Part shown: one piece after another, positions 10,001 through 18,859 of the stretch | How positions within the stretch are numbered: position 1 is the first letter of the stretch | Layout: every line of letters starts with the position of its first letter | Virus record (IMG/VR): IMGVR_UViG_2718218475_000005 | Coordinates: 5,418-69,417 of that record | Source: a virus | Direction: 5' to 3' (one strand) | Length of the DNA: 64,000 nucleotides | Translations under genes and position numbers: made by a program | The notes under the pieces: generated by a model | What the model saw: only the letters and a program-made list of their open reading frames with translations | Database searches by the model: none | Told to the model about the DNA's origin: nothing

Positions 10001-12901
10001 AGTTGGGATTAAATTAGTAATCGTGTATTTGGCCAATGGTAACAGGATATTTTGATATCCCCAATCCAGGCCGTCCCATACATCTTTGACTACTGGTCTA
10101 ATCGCTTTTAGCAATCCATCAATCGATTGTAGTAAGGGTGTGAAATTAAGCTTAGAAGCCCACTTAACGGTTGCTCCTGTCATGTCGTTTAACGCACCCA
10201 AAATGTCATTAACCATACCGAGCAGCGTTTTAAAAATAGATGTACCAACGCCGCCATGTTGCCAAGCCTTGTCAAATTGGCCGCCAAGTGCACTAACAGT
10301 ATTAAAGATGTTTGTGAATATCTTGTAGAGATTTGATGCAATTTTCTCACCCGCACCACTATTCCAAGCATTACGAAATGCTACTGCAATATTATTAAGC
10401 ACTTTTACTACAGCGTTCAATGCATTTAAAATTGATTGAATAAGCTTGGTACCAGTGTTGCCATGATTCCATGCATTATCAAACGCCTTAGCGATATCAC
10501 CAATCAGCCCGACTAAATTTGTCACCAACGTAATGAGATTGGCAAAAATCCGTTCGCCCAGATTGCCGCCATTCCATGCACTACGGAATGAAGTGGCAAT
10601 ATCGTGGATCAGTTTCAATACATTATTCAGCGAATTGAAAATAGTTTGGACTAGCTTAGTACCACGACCGCCGCCACCTTCCCATGCTTGTGAGAACGCT
10701 TTGGCAATATCACCAATAATGTTAAGCATGTCTGCTAACAGCTGTAAGATAGCTTCTACTGTCTTCTGACCAGTACCGTTGTCCCATACATGCATAAACG
10801 ATCGTCCAACATCGCTGAGCGCTCGTTCAACCTCTTTCCAAGCATACTTAGCAGCATCCACTACTGAGTTACCCTTGGCGTCCCAAGCTGCCTTCATTGG
10901 GTCGAACAGCTCACCTAAAATTTTTTGCAGTTTTTTAGCTGCATCAGTTGCGCTGTTGAATGGCTGACCTAATGGTACGCCGAAATTGACACCATCATCA
11001 CCAGCTCCAGCATCAGTACCATCCGTCGATTGCAGTGGCGTACTTTCCGGTGCGTTTTGTGTTGGCGTTGAATCTGGTGCCGTTTGTGTTTCCTGCGGAG
11101 TAAAAGTCTCCTTTGGCTTTTTATCATAAGAGTAGTCTTCATCATCATTGCTCTTATCAAGAACATTCAGTTCATCAAAGCCCATCAAAGATTGCATGAG
11201 CTCTTTATTCTTTTTCTTGGTTGCTTCCATTGAGGCCTGGGACCGTTTATTTGCAGCCTCAATTGCTGCATTAGCAGCACGAACTTTGGCTGCACCTTGC
11301 TTATTAGACTCCGCAATTTGTCGATTTGCTTCACGAACTGAGGCTGCTTGAGCTTGATTTTGAGCGCGTATTTGTGCATTAGCCTCACGAACCGACTTTG
11401 CCTGGGCAGCGTTTTGTTTTCGAATCTCTTCGTTAGCCTTCTTAACAGAAGCAGAAGCTTTACTAGAAGCTGAGGCCGTGTCATTCAGTGCCTTAGACTG
11501 CTCATAAAGGCCCTGCGCACCTTGTCGAGCTTTGGAGTAACTCATACCCGTTAGTGCTGACGTGAACTGTGCCAACCATGATGTGGCTTTAGATAATGAT
11601 GACATTAACGCATTCACGGCCGGAAGAACAAAGTTATAAATCGGATAGAATGCTGTCAGTAAATTGACCTTGATTTGATTCAGACTACTTGCAAACTGCG
11701 CGTTCGTCTTAAATGCTGTCATCATCCCAGTAGCAAGTTGCGTCAAGCCTTGGTACAGCAACCCAAATACGATTAATTGTGATGGGAGGTACTTCAACTG
11801 CTGGGCAATGCCGCCCAGGGCCCCACTGGTCCGTCTAGCACTAGAAGAGGCTTTGTTCATTGAAGAACTACTACTATTTCCAAAATTGCGTATCCGACTT
11901 GTTGCACTTTGAATACCGTTGCTAATGCGACTGAACCAATTAGAAGGCCCCTTACCGGAACCTGATCCTTTATTCATTGCGCTACTTGCCGCACTGCCGA
12001 AACGATTATACGAACCTGCCGCTCGTGTAGCAGCCGTCCCGGATTCACCCATCTCAGTATTGAGCTTACCAATTACAGATTTAAGTTCGTCACCACGATC
12101 AGAAACATAAGCATAGCTCTTGTTCAGACTATCATTGGAATTAATGAGCTTGTTCATCTTATCGCGTGTGCTCATGATGCTCTTTTCAAGTGCCGTGCTT
12201 TGCTTGGTCAGCCGGTCGCTGGCACCCATCGTCTTCATAGAATCCTGAACATCACGATAGGAGCCCTGCAACGCCTTCAACTGACGCCGATAGGTTTCAA
12301 TTTTAACTTCGTTTTGATCCATAGCTTTAGAAATCTGCCGCAGTGAGTCCGGCACCGCTTTAAATTCTTGTCGCATTGATTGGGCTAGAGCTTTAGCTTG
12401 GTTTTGATAACGCGTCATCTGAGCTTGAGCGGACGCAACCTGATTATCAATTTTAATTCCTTGCGTCCCATTCTGTTGAGCGGTATTCAAGGACGTTTTT
12501 TGATTCATTAAGTCACGCATCTTGGCTTGAGCAGCTCGGGCCTGATCCATCTTTGCATTGATATCACTCAGCATGGCCTGTAAGTCCTGTTTTACCTTAA
12601 CCCGGCTACCGGTAAACATCTTGCCAGCATTCTGGTTGACCTTGCTAGCCCCGGTAGATGTCGAGCTACTCATTCGTTCGAATGCAGTTTTGATAGTCTC
12701 GTTCAAACCGGACAACTGGTCTTGCAACTTTTGAACACCTTTAGAAACATCCATCGACTGCTCGGTCTTGTCCATACCGGACTTCGCACTATCAGCGGTC
12801 TTCCCCATCAATTTATCAATCATCGGTTGAACCTTGGCAAATTGTTGTTCCATTTGTTCAGTGTTCACTTTGAATAGCAGTTCAATTTCTTCAAGTTCCA
12901 C
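7070..12901 (-). CDS. Tape measure protein A with C-terminal lytic-transglycosylase-like domain
   Basis: 1943 aa, Ala/Gly/Trp helical repeats, FATGG/FANGG motifs, AKSETG...AGGPLQY motif. Confidence 0.93.
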   Translation of the reverse strand: MELEEIELLFKVNTEQMEQQFAKVQPMIDKLMGKTADSAKSGMDKTEQSMDVSKGVQKLQDQLSGLNETIKTAFERMSSSTSTGASKVNQNAGKMFTGSRVKVKQDLQAMLSDINAKMDQARAAQAKMRDLMNQKTSLNTAQQNGTQGIKIDNQVASAQAQMTRYQNQAKALAQSMRQEFKAVPDSLRQISKAMDQNEVKIETYRRQLKALQGSYRDVQDSMKTMGASDRLTKQSTALEKSIMSTRDKMNKLINSNDSLNKSYAYVSDRGDELKSVIGKLNTEMGESGTAATRAAGSYNRFGSAASSAMNKGSGSGKGPSNWFSRISNGIQSATSRIRNFGNSSSSSMNKASSSARRTSGALGGIAQQLKYLPSQLIVFGLLYQGLTQLATGMMTAFKTNAQFASSLNQIKVNLLTAFYPIYNFVLPAVNALMSSLSKATSWLAQFTSALTGMSYSKARQGAQGLYEQSKALNDTASASSKASASVKKANEEIRKQNAAQAKSVREANAQIRAQNQAQAASVREANRQIAESNKQGAAKVRAANAAIEAANKRSQASMEATKKKNKELMQSLMGFDELNVLDKSNDDEDYSYDKKPKETFTPQETQTAPDSTPTQNAPESTPLQSTDGTDAGAGDDGVNFGVPLGQPFNSATDAAKKLQKILGELFDPMKAAWDAKGNSVVDAAKYAWKEVERALSDVGRSFMHVWDNGTGQKTVEAILQLLADMLNIIGDIAKAFSQAWEGGGGRGTKLVQTIFNSLNNVLKLIHDIATSFRSAWNGGNLGERIFANLITLVTNLVGLIGDIAKAFDNAWNHGNTGTKLIQSILNALNAVVKVLNNIAVAFRNAWNSGAGEKIASNLYKIFTNIFNTVSALGGQFDKAWQHGGVGTSIFKTLLGMVNDILGALNDMTGATVKWASKLNFTPLLQSIDGLLKAIRPVVKDVWDGLDWGYQNILLPLAKYTITNLIPTFFDALAAALKLLHRIIQASQPAFKWIWDSFLEPLAKWTGGVIVGMLKKLADALGGISSWVDKHHTAVEAMAKVLVTMFAFKVTMTGLSNGIGLLGKLADKAATIGGKGHVLRDFFKGITGIDKLEEAVGNVKTLWSLAKMKWSDYATALADGWKALKSWSVWSKLAAVGQAALNVVMDANPVALVVLAIAALVAGFVALYKHNKKFRDFCNSVWKNITKWFGDSIDWISKNWTKIIGFIINPVGTIASWFLKDTKTGKNILKWASKLPGKASDWAKSVGKKVGTHITNAKKDFQQAGKNIGNWTTGFVGGAKRTVNTWASNIGSGVHKKVSDGKKAAQEAGKKIGNWTSEFTSKSKGAIVGIRKWASNIGSNVNTKVEDGKRLAKNAGSKLGSWVNNFRTGASKTVSSWAGSLGSKTSSGMGSSRTAALRAGTQLGNWVASFRTGTGKTIAKWAGGLGGKIGGGLSSGWKSVKKGSADVANAIIGTIGKAVNGVIDGIKWILNHVGASSKAKSLSHWSVPSFATGGRHKGGPAIVNDQVGDKYREAYKLPNGRTGLFPAVRNMMVNLPRGTQILNAAQTARKVTAMVPHYAGGIGDFDFDFSSIGNFNLPSFNFSMPNFGDLFSGIGDSVGSFADGVKDTASDIWDDVTHPEKVLKAAMNKFVKFTGLGGYPLDVAKSMVDFSVDSAKSWVGKILKEYGESEGPNGGAITHSMISRALEMTKVPKSRWSKMQHDIIEVAKSETGNRNIMQTITDVNSLAGNPAGGPLQYVKSTFDAFSFPGHHNFRSSFDQVLAYLNNSDYYNAAGHTVIWGTPKFDWLHSGPIGHRRFANGGLVDTHQMIEVAEQNKPEMVLPLTNIPRSMQLIKQALSFMGQTFSDGLQMPAALTQSMDMSSLASQPSNTSTQSMNSGGINELGTSIVNAIVQGLQMTNVGGSMNNQPINVNLTLQVGDEKFGNAAIKGINAVNQKNGKNMLRL

Positions 12902-12916
12902 GTTGTTTCCCCCTTC

Positions 12917-13261
12917 CTATGTAGTTTTTTTGAATTTTCGGGCTGTCTTAATCTTTTGCGATTGCTGCATTAGAAGCAACTGGTCCCGTTTCCATTCAGG
13001 AACAGAATCCGACGATGTACTAGTCGCTGTTTTGATAAATGGATAAGCCTCTTCAACCGATGGCATTTTGCTAGGGTCGTTCAAAGCAAATGCCATCATC
13101 TCAGCTTGCTTGTGATCCATTACCGCTCTCATTCGCATATCATCTATACGGTTACGATTATTTGCGATTACTTGAACCATGAGTTCACCAAAATCAAGTT
13201 CCCAAAAGTGGTCAGAATCAATCCCAGATTGCACGGCCAATGGGTAAATAGCACTTAGCAA
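12917..13261 (-). CDS. Tail assembly chaperone, downstream part (gpT-like, probably made by -1 frameshift)
   Basis: FWELDFGEL motif; its frame is open back through the T TTT TTC site at 13372-13378. Confidence 0.8.
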   Translation of the reverse strand: MLSAIYPLAVQSGIDSDHFWELDFGELMVQVIANNRNRIDDMRMRAVMDHKQAEMMAFALNDPSKMPSVEEAYPFIKTATSTSSDSVPEWKRDQLLLMQQSQKIKTARKFKKTT

Positions 13262-13287
13262 CTCAGAAACAGTCTGGTAATTATTGC

Positions 13288-13686
13288 TTAAAGTGTCGTC
13301 TCGGTCGTTGGTTCGTTGTCCAGAGTGACTTCCGATTCCGTATTCGTCTTCGAAGCCGAAGCTGTCTTGCCGAAAAAACCAGATTCCTGGAATAAGTCTG
13401 TTAGCACTGTAAATAAATCCATTGGGGCATGACCTTCATCAAAATATTTTTCAAAGGCAGCAAAAATGTCGTTATCAGTAACGCCGTGAGTTTGGTTCGA
13501 ACCTTGCAATACGATAAGCATTTCATTCAATGGTGGCAATTTCATTCCGCCATCCGCACTCATAAAGAGCGACATCATAGATTTACCCAAGCGTTTTTCA
13601 ATATTCAAAATATCACGGCCTGTTAACTTTAATTCAAGTTGTAATCCACCCATTTCAAACTTCTTAGTTGCTTTCTTTACTGTCAT
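13288..13686 (-). CDS. Tail assembly chaperone (gpG-like)
   Basis: Position between major tail and TMP; contains slippery heptamer. Confidence 0.82.
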   Translation of the reverse strand: MTVKKATKKFEMGGLQLELKLTGRDILNIEKRLGKSMMSLFMSADGGMKLPPLNEMLIVLQGSNQTHGVTDNDIFAAFEKYFDEGHAPMDLFTVLTDLFQESGFFGKTASASKTNTESEVTLDNEPTTETTL

Positions 13687-13785
13687 AACGTAGTTCCTCC
13701 ATTTTTATTATTCGTCTCATATCAGCCTGCTGGCCTACTCGTCTCTTACTCAAGTTAATTATTATCTGGATAAAATGTGACGGTT

Positions 13786-14262
13786 CTAAGCTCCGGCGCT
13801 ACTACTGGCCGTTGCAAAGTCCGGTCCGTCCGATACGATAATCGAAATCGTGTATTCAAGTGCTCCGTTGACAGCAACGTTACCCATTTTGACGGTATAT
13901 GAGCCAGTGAAAGAAGCTGTCATCCCATCAGGATAAGTGACCTTCCATTTATATTGCTTATTGTCACCATTGTGCGTTAAAGCCGTTGCAAAGTTGCTGC
14001 CCTTGTACACAAAGGTAAAAGCTAACGTTGATGTATTTTCAATCCCAGGAACTGACTTCTTTTTCGTATCTGATAAATCAGTCACATCAATATTTTCTGG
14101 GTCTGAACCCATGTCAGGAACGGTCTTAATACCGCCAATTTCATCAAACTTAGTGCCATCCACTGACATTTCAAGCTTGGTCCCTGTTCCGGCAAGCCCG
14201 GCACTAGCGTCTGCAGCAAATCGTTGTAAATCAAATACTGTTAAATTCTTTTTCAATTTCAA
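13786..14262 (-). CDS. Major tail (tube) protein A
   Basis: GTKL...IGGIKTVPDMGSDPENIDVTDLSD...VPG lambda-type tube motif. Confidence 0.88.
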   Translation of the reverse strand: MKLKKNLTVFDLQRFAADASAGLAGTGTKLEMSVDGTKFDEIGGIKTVPDMGSDPENIDVTDLSDTKKKSVPGIENTSTLAFTFVYKGSNFATALTHNGDNKQYKWKVTYPDGMTASFTGSYTVKMGNVAVNGALEYTISIIVSDGPDFATASSSAGA

Positions 14263-14270
14263 TCATCCTT

Positions 14271-14639
14271 TCAACTTTCAAATACGCGGTGACTAGTGTT
14301 ATCAACAACACCAGTAAATCGTAATACAGTGCGATTCACACCCGCTAAATTGCTATCACCAATATCGCTTGAAAAGCCCATATCACCAAATGATGACATG
14401 AGCTTATTCGTGATTGCCGTTGTGCTACCTTCTTTTAAGAAGAGGTCAATTGTGATCGTCCATTCCGTTTGCAACTCTTGCTGATTAGCATCACGAAAAT
14501 AGGCTTTATGTGCCGTGTTGTATACAGCGATTGGGAACACCGTTAAATTATCTGGGTACGTGGTTGAGACCTGTTTAATTTCCGGTATAGCCGTTAGTGC
14601 TTGATACACTACTGACTTCACATTAATAATTACCATCAA
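14271..14639 (-). CDS. Tail terminator/completion protein
   Basis: Synteny; FPIAVY motif. Confidence 0.7.
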   Translation of the reverse strand: MMVIINVKSVVYQALTAIPEIKQVSTTYPDNLTVFPIAVYNTAHKAYFRDANQQELQTEWTITIDLFLKEGSTTAITNKLMSSFGDMGFSSDIGDSNLAGVNRTVLRFTGVVDNTSHRVFES

Positions 14640-15187
14640 CTACCCCCTAATTTGTTATGGAGTGCGGCCTCCACACTCTGCTTAATCATCTCTGGTGCCT
14701 CACGACTGGCTTGTTTGACGGCGGGGGTTAAAAACTGGCGGGCGGGTTGACCGCTTGTCCGATAGAATGTGTGTCCGTCGATTTCGATTTTAGGCATACC
14801 ATACAGTTCACTCAGGTCAGTATCAACGTCATCAGCAGGAATGAACCAAGGCGTTTGCCTGTACACTGGTGTAAATCCACCGGGTAAATCTTTTTGCGAC
14901 TCCTCACCTACTCGTCCAGTACCGAGCTCACGAAATAGCGCTACTGGGTCATCGGACCAGACACGACCGACAATCTTGCCATCACTATCGACAACCTCAT
15001 ATTTAATACTTCGAGCCAACTCACCATTTCCATACTTAACGCTGGATTGAAGTTCTTTGACTGCATAGCCCTCTGCTTTCTCAACAACATCAAAAGTAGC
15101 ATCCCAGATGGCATCGTGAACCACACTGGGCATTTTTTTGAGCTGAGCTTTCAGCTTATCACTGCCACGCCATTCAACTTCAGCCAT
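14636..15187 (-). CDS. HK97 gp10-family neck protein
   Basis: GELARSI, ELGTG, GQPARQFLTPAV motifs. Confidence 0.82.
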   Translation of the reverse strand: MAEVEWRGSDKLKAQLKKMPSVVHDAIWDATFDVVEKAEGYAVKELQSSVKYGNGELARSIKYEVVDSDGKIVGRVWSDDPVALFRELGTGRVGEESQKDLPGGFTPVYRQTPWFIPADDVDTDLSELYGMPKIEIDGHTFYRTSGQPARQFLTPAVKQASREAPEMIKQSVEAALHNKLGGS

Positions 15188-15188
15188 C

Positions 15189-15536
15189 CTATTCGCCTCG
15201 TTTACGTTGCTCTAAAGTGATATTTTTATGGGTGCTGAATGTTTGTATCGAATTGATAACGTAATCTGGCTCGCTATCTTTAGTAACATTGACACAAACA
15301 CCCCAATTTTCTTGTTGACCTTCATTGATCTGATTACCTTGATACTTACCAGATTTAATGTACTTAAGGTCTTTGCCCCAGATTTGCGCATTCACTGAAC
15401 CGCCAGCAGCTTGAATGTTCATCCTCACTGCAATTGGATTGCTCCATCCCGCCGTAATGACATTACCTTCATCATCGTGGCCTGATTGTTGTTGTCGTAA
15501 ATAAACAGTTGTCAGGTCTGTTGGTCTAAGGCGCAT
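15189..15536 (-). CDS. Head closure protein
   Basis: Synteny in neck cluster. Confidence 0.65.
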   Translation of the reverse strand: MRLRPTDLTTVYLRQQQSGHDDEGNVITAGWSNPIAVRMNIQAAGGSVNAQIWGKDLKYIKSGKYQGNQINEGQQENWGVCVNVTKDSEPDYVINSIQTFSTHKNITLEQRKRGE

Positions 15537-15868
15537 TAGAATCGCCTCGTTTTCGCGACTCGGTAAGGTGCTAGCGCGGTTTTAATTATGTTAGGTAGTC
15601 CCAGTTCAAACGATTGAGAAACGCCGCCTTCTGACCGCGATGCTTCGCCTTCTGTTCCTTGCTCGTTGTACATGATAATGGCAAGCCGTTTTGCCTGAAT
15701 TAGAATCGGTGTCGAGAGTGAAGACCGGGTATAATCCAAGCACGTTTGAACAGCATCATCAAAGATGTCATCAACCACCGCAGCATCCGGCGTGTCTTTC
15801 TTAACACCTAATCGCGTATATAGTCTTGTCAATTGTCCCGCCTTATCTGGTGGGCTTGGTTTAGCCAT
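15536..15868 (-). CDS. Head-tail connector protein
   Basis: GTEGEASRSEGGVSQSF motif. Confidence 0.82.
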   Translation of the reverse strand: MAKPSPPDKAGQLTRLYTRLGVKKDTPDAAVVDDIFDDAVQTCLDYTRSSLSTPILIQAKRLAIIMYNEQGTEGEASRSEGGVSQSFELGLPNIIKTALAPYRVAKTRRF

Positions 15869-15879
15869 ACGATCATCCT

Positions 15880-16062
15880 CTATTCTTCGTCGTCTGTTTC
15901 TAACTGAGCATTATCGGCAGTTTTCTCGTCCTTCTGCTTATCAAGACAAACAAAAAGCTCATCATTGAACGCGTCTTGCGTAATGCTGAGCTCATCACCT
16001 TTTTTATACCGAGTATCTTTATACCGAATTGGGTAATCTTTAACGCGAACCTTCATTATCAA
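15880..16062 (-). CDS. Small hypothetical protein after the capsid gene
   Basis: 60 aa with GAGGT RBS. Confidence 0.6.
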   Translation of the reverse strand: MIMKVRVKDYPIRYKDTRYKKGDELSITQDAFNDELFVCLDKQKDEKTADNAQLETDDEE

Positions 16063-16068
16063 TCACCT

Positions 16069-17091
16069 CTAGGCTAAAACCTGAGCTTGAAATACCTCAT
16101 CCGCCGCGGCAAACGCTGGAAGCGCAACTGCTGAGGCTTTTTCCCAAGTCCCAATTGGATCATTAGTTTCGGTATAAATCATATCGTAAACATTACCCAC
16201 AGCGTTAATTTGCGCTGGGCCACTGAATTGTGCTAACTCTTCTGGAGTTGGTCCAAACACTTTATTACCAATCGGGTCATCGTTCATTAAGACAAGTCGA
16301 TTTTCTGGGAAGTAACGACTCTTGGTAATCTTGCCATCTTTTCCGACTTGGGTATATTTTTGATCATAAGTCCGAAAAATTGGTAAACCTTGTGCCTGCA
16401 TGAAGGTGTCAAAGTCGGCTTGTCCAAGTGCCCGAGTAGAGTTACCATACACGGCTTGTAGAACTTTGGTATTAGTCGTAATCAATCGATAAATCTTCCG
16501 ACTAGTTAGCGCCCGGGTTGGTGTAATATCCATCTTATCGCACCAGCGCGTAATATTACCAAGGATATCCGCGTCGCCGTTATCCCATGTAGCAGCTCCA
16601 GTCAAAGCTTCCTGATGTTCAGTCGGAACTTGATAATCAAGTTGGACAGCAAGTTTACCACTTTCATCTGGCAAAATAGTCTTACCTGTTGCTAAAACGT
16701 CCATAGCGGTCTTTTCAATTCGTGCTAAAACGCCTTGATTGAGCACATCAAAGTCGTTATAAACGTGTTGTTGCAAGTAGCTAGCTTCTGCAGGCGTCCG
16801 CGGATTGAGCATCGCATACAAATCTTTTTCTTTAATCTGCATCTTGCGCTTAATCAAAGCCAGTTCGATGGCAGCGCCCGAGGCAGACCGACTGCCAATT
16901 TCGGCTTCACTATCAAAAGCCGCATAGGATGCAATCACTGGAATTCGATTTTGACGTTTCAAGATATCAACAGTTAGTGAGTTGACTTTGATTGCTGGGA
17001 ATAGTTCATCACCTTGCATCGCTGGATACTGCCGATTCAATGAAAAATCGATTAAATCATGTTGCGTGAATAAATCTGAAATTTGAGCCAT
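16069..17091 (-). CDS. Major capsid protein A (capsid protein E family)
   Basis: 340 aa after scaffold/decoration genes; FGPTPEE and SAVALP.F motifs. Confidence 0.9.
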   Translation of the reverse strand: MAQISDLFTQHDLIDFSLNRQYPAMQGDELFPAIKVNSLTVDILKRQNRIPVIASYAAFDSEAEIGSRSASGAAIELALIKRKMQIKEKDLYAMLNPRTPAEASYLQQHVYNDFDVLNQGVLARIEKTAMDVLATGKTILPDESGKLAVQLDYQVPTEHQEALTGAATWDNGDADILGNITRWCDKMDITPTRALTSRKIYRLITTNTKVLQAVYGNSTRALGQADFDTFMQAQGLPIFRTYDQKYTQVGKDGKITKSRYFPENRLVLMNDDPIGNKVFGPTPEELAQFSGPAQINAVGNVYDMIYTETNDPIGTWEKASAVALPAFAAADEVFQAQVLA

Positions 17092-17110
17092 TTGTTTTCT
17101 CCTCCTTTAA

Positions 17111-17458
17111 TTAGGCTTGTGATACGGCGGCGTCCGTATCAGTGAAAGTAATCTTCTTTAATGCCGTGATAGCCTCAGCTGTTGGCGCCACTGGTAAGCG
17201 TTGGCCAAATAAATAGCCTTCAACAATCACGCCAACCATTTGAGGACCATGTGTAACGTCCACTTCATTAATCGTGACTCCTTCCGCCTTAGCGTCATTA
17301 GTTGGATAAATCGTGCCGGCTGGAATAACTTTATGTCCAAAAGCATCCGTCTTCACCGCGTAACTGGTGTCATCAACCTGCCGTGAGAATGATACGAACT
17401 TTTCAGATGCCATGAAATTCTTTTGTTCTACTGTTCCTTTATCAAATACATAGGCCAT
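17111..17458 (-). CDS. Head decoration protein
   Basis: GHKVIPAGTIYP...EVDVTHG motif. Confidence 0.75.
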   Translation of the reverse strand: MAYVFDKGTVEQKNFMASEKFVSFSRQVDDTSYAVKTDAFGHKVIPAGTIYPTNDAKAEGVTINEVDVTHGPQMVGVIVEGYLFGQRLPVAPTAEAITALKKITFTDTDAAVSQA

Positions 17459-17472
17459 AATCTAGTACCTCC

Positions 17473-18150
17473 CTATTTTGTCGCCCATAAACTGGACTTT
17501 GCTGGCTTTTGCGAGTTATTTAATTTTTCAGCTGCTGTTGCACCTTCAGATTTATTTGCGGATGTATCAGCACCCGGCAATGTGGTCCCACTGCTTGCGA
17601 TTCGCTTATCGATTGCTTGCTGTAAGCTCTCTGTAAATGACTTACTGATTGCAGTGTAAGCCGCCTCCACGCCTTTATCATCTGCTAAAACATCATCACC
17701 AAAAGCCGCAATCAGCGCTGTCGGCAAATCGTCTGCACCCAGTCGGGCCGTAACTTTAGCTTTATTTTCAACAATAGTTCCATGGCGCTGTGATTCAGCA
17801 AGTTGCTTGGTTAATTGGTCTTTATCATAGTTAGCCTTTTCCAAGTCAGTCATCTTGTCGTAATCTTTTTGCTGCTGGGCTTCACTAGCCTGTTTTTCAT
17901 CATGTGTTTTAATTGCCGAAGCAATCAGCTTATCAACACTTGATTGCCAGTCCTTTTCACTAGCAAACGATTTAAACGGCGTATCTGCCTGATTGTCTTG
18001 GTCAGAGTCGTCATTGTTGCTATTTTGATTGGCGTCGGTTGTGTTAGGCGTGCTATCAGCCGTCTGATTGCCACCTTCATCCCCGCCAGTTCCATTATCA
18101 CCGTCAGCAAACATCTGTAAATTCATCTTTAGTTTGAGTAGCTTTTTCAT
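17473..18150 (-). CDS. Capsid scaffolding protein (DUF4355-like)
   Basis: KMNLQMFAD N-terminus, acidic linker, MTDLEK. Confidence 0.85.
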   Translation of the reverse strand: MKKLLKLKMNLQMFADGDNGTGGDEGGNQTADSTPNTTDANQNSNNDDSDQDNQADTPFKSFASEKDWQSSVDKLIASAIKTHDEKQASEAQQQKDYDKMTDLEKANYDKDQLTKQLAESQRHGTIVENKAKVTARLGADDLPTALIAAFGDDVLADDKGVEAAYTAISKSFTESLQQAIDKRIASSGTTLPGADTSANKSEGATAAEKLNNSQKPAKSSLWATK

Positions 18151-18322
18151 AATTAAATTCCTCCACGCCCACGCATTTCCGATAACTCAGGCCACAAAAA
18201 AAGCACCCCGTGCATTACTCTAAGAGCCCCACACATTGTGCTAAATTGACCGTGGCGTCATTATCAGACCCACGCATGCTATTTAGTTTGAGTAGTTTAG
18301 AGACGTGCTCAGGTCATCCATG

Positions 18323-18529
18323 CTAATCCTGATGGAACATTGTCGAAAGGATCATCGTGGCGGTTTGTATTGCTGTTACTTGATCATATCCTTTATTAAG
18401 TGCTTCTTCATAACATGTTAGAAATGCATCCGTCATGAGCTTAAAGCCTTGCTTCGTGTCATCATCAAACGTCAAGCCCTTCATTGCCATCTCGGTGTAA
18501 CGCATTAAATCCGAATTATCTTTACTCAT
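18323..18529 (-). CDS. Hypothetical protein
   Basis: 68 aa, GAGGAG RBS. Confidence 0.7.
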   Translation of the reverse strand: MSKDNSDLMRYTEMAMKGLTFDDDTKQGFKLMTDAFLTCYEEALNKGYDQVTAIQTATMILSTMFHQD

Positions 18530-18580
18530 CGTGTTCTCCTCGTCGTACTAAAAAACGCCCAATCAAAATGATTGAACGCC

Positions 18581-18859
18581 CTACATTGCAACAATAACGA
18601 TATCTTGCCATTGGTCACGGATTTTCTTGCCATCAATTACATAATCAAGAATCTCATCAACGTCGTCAGTATCTTTGAAGTGATAATCAAAATCACCATT
18701 ATCTTTAGAAATGATACGTTTGCCCTCACTGTCAAAGCCAATGTACCACTCAACATCATTGATTTTGATTTGAACCTCCATACGAACATCTAACGCAAAT
18801 CGAAGTTGCTCCAAAGACTCTAAGTGATCCGAATCAGCTTTTACTCGTCTTACCACCAT
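18581..18859 (-). CDS. Putative immunity protein of the MuF toxin
   Basis: 92-aa acidic ORF overlapping the toxin 3' end, followed by a terminator-like hairpin (18549-18581). Confidence 0.6.
   Translation of the reverse strand: MVVRRVKADSDHLESLEQLRFALDVRMEVQIKINDVEWYIGFDSEGKRIISKDNGDFDYHFKDTDDVDEILDYVIDGKKIRDQWQDIVIVAM

Noticed and set aside
10990-11480. Low-complexity Ala/Gln/Thr-Pro repeats in TMP A as a separate element
   Set aside because: In-frame coiled-coil/linker repeats within the TMP ORF.
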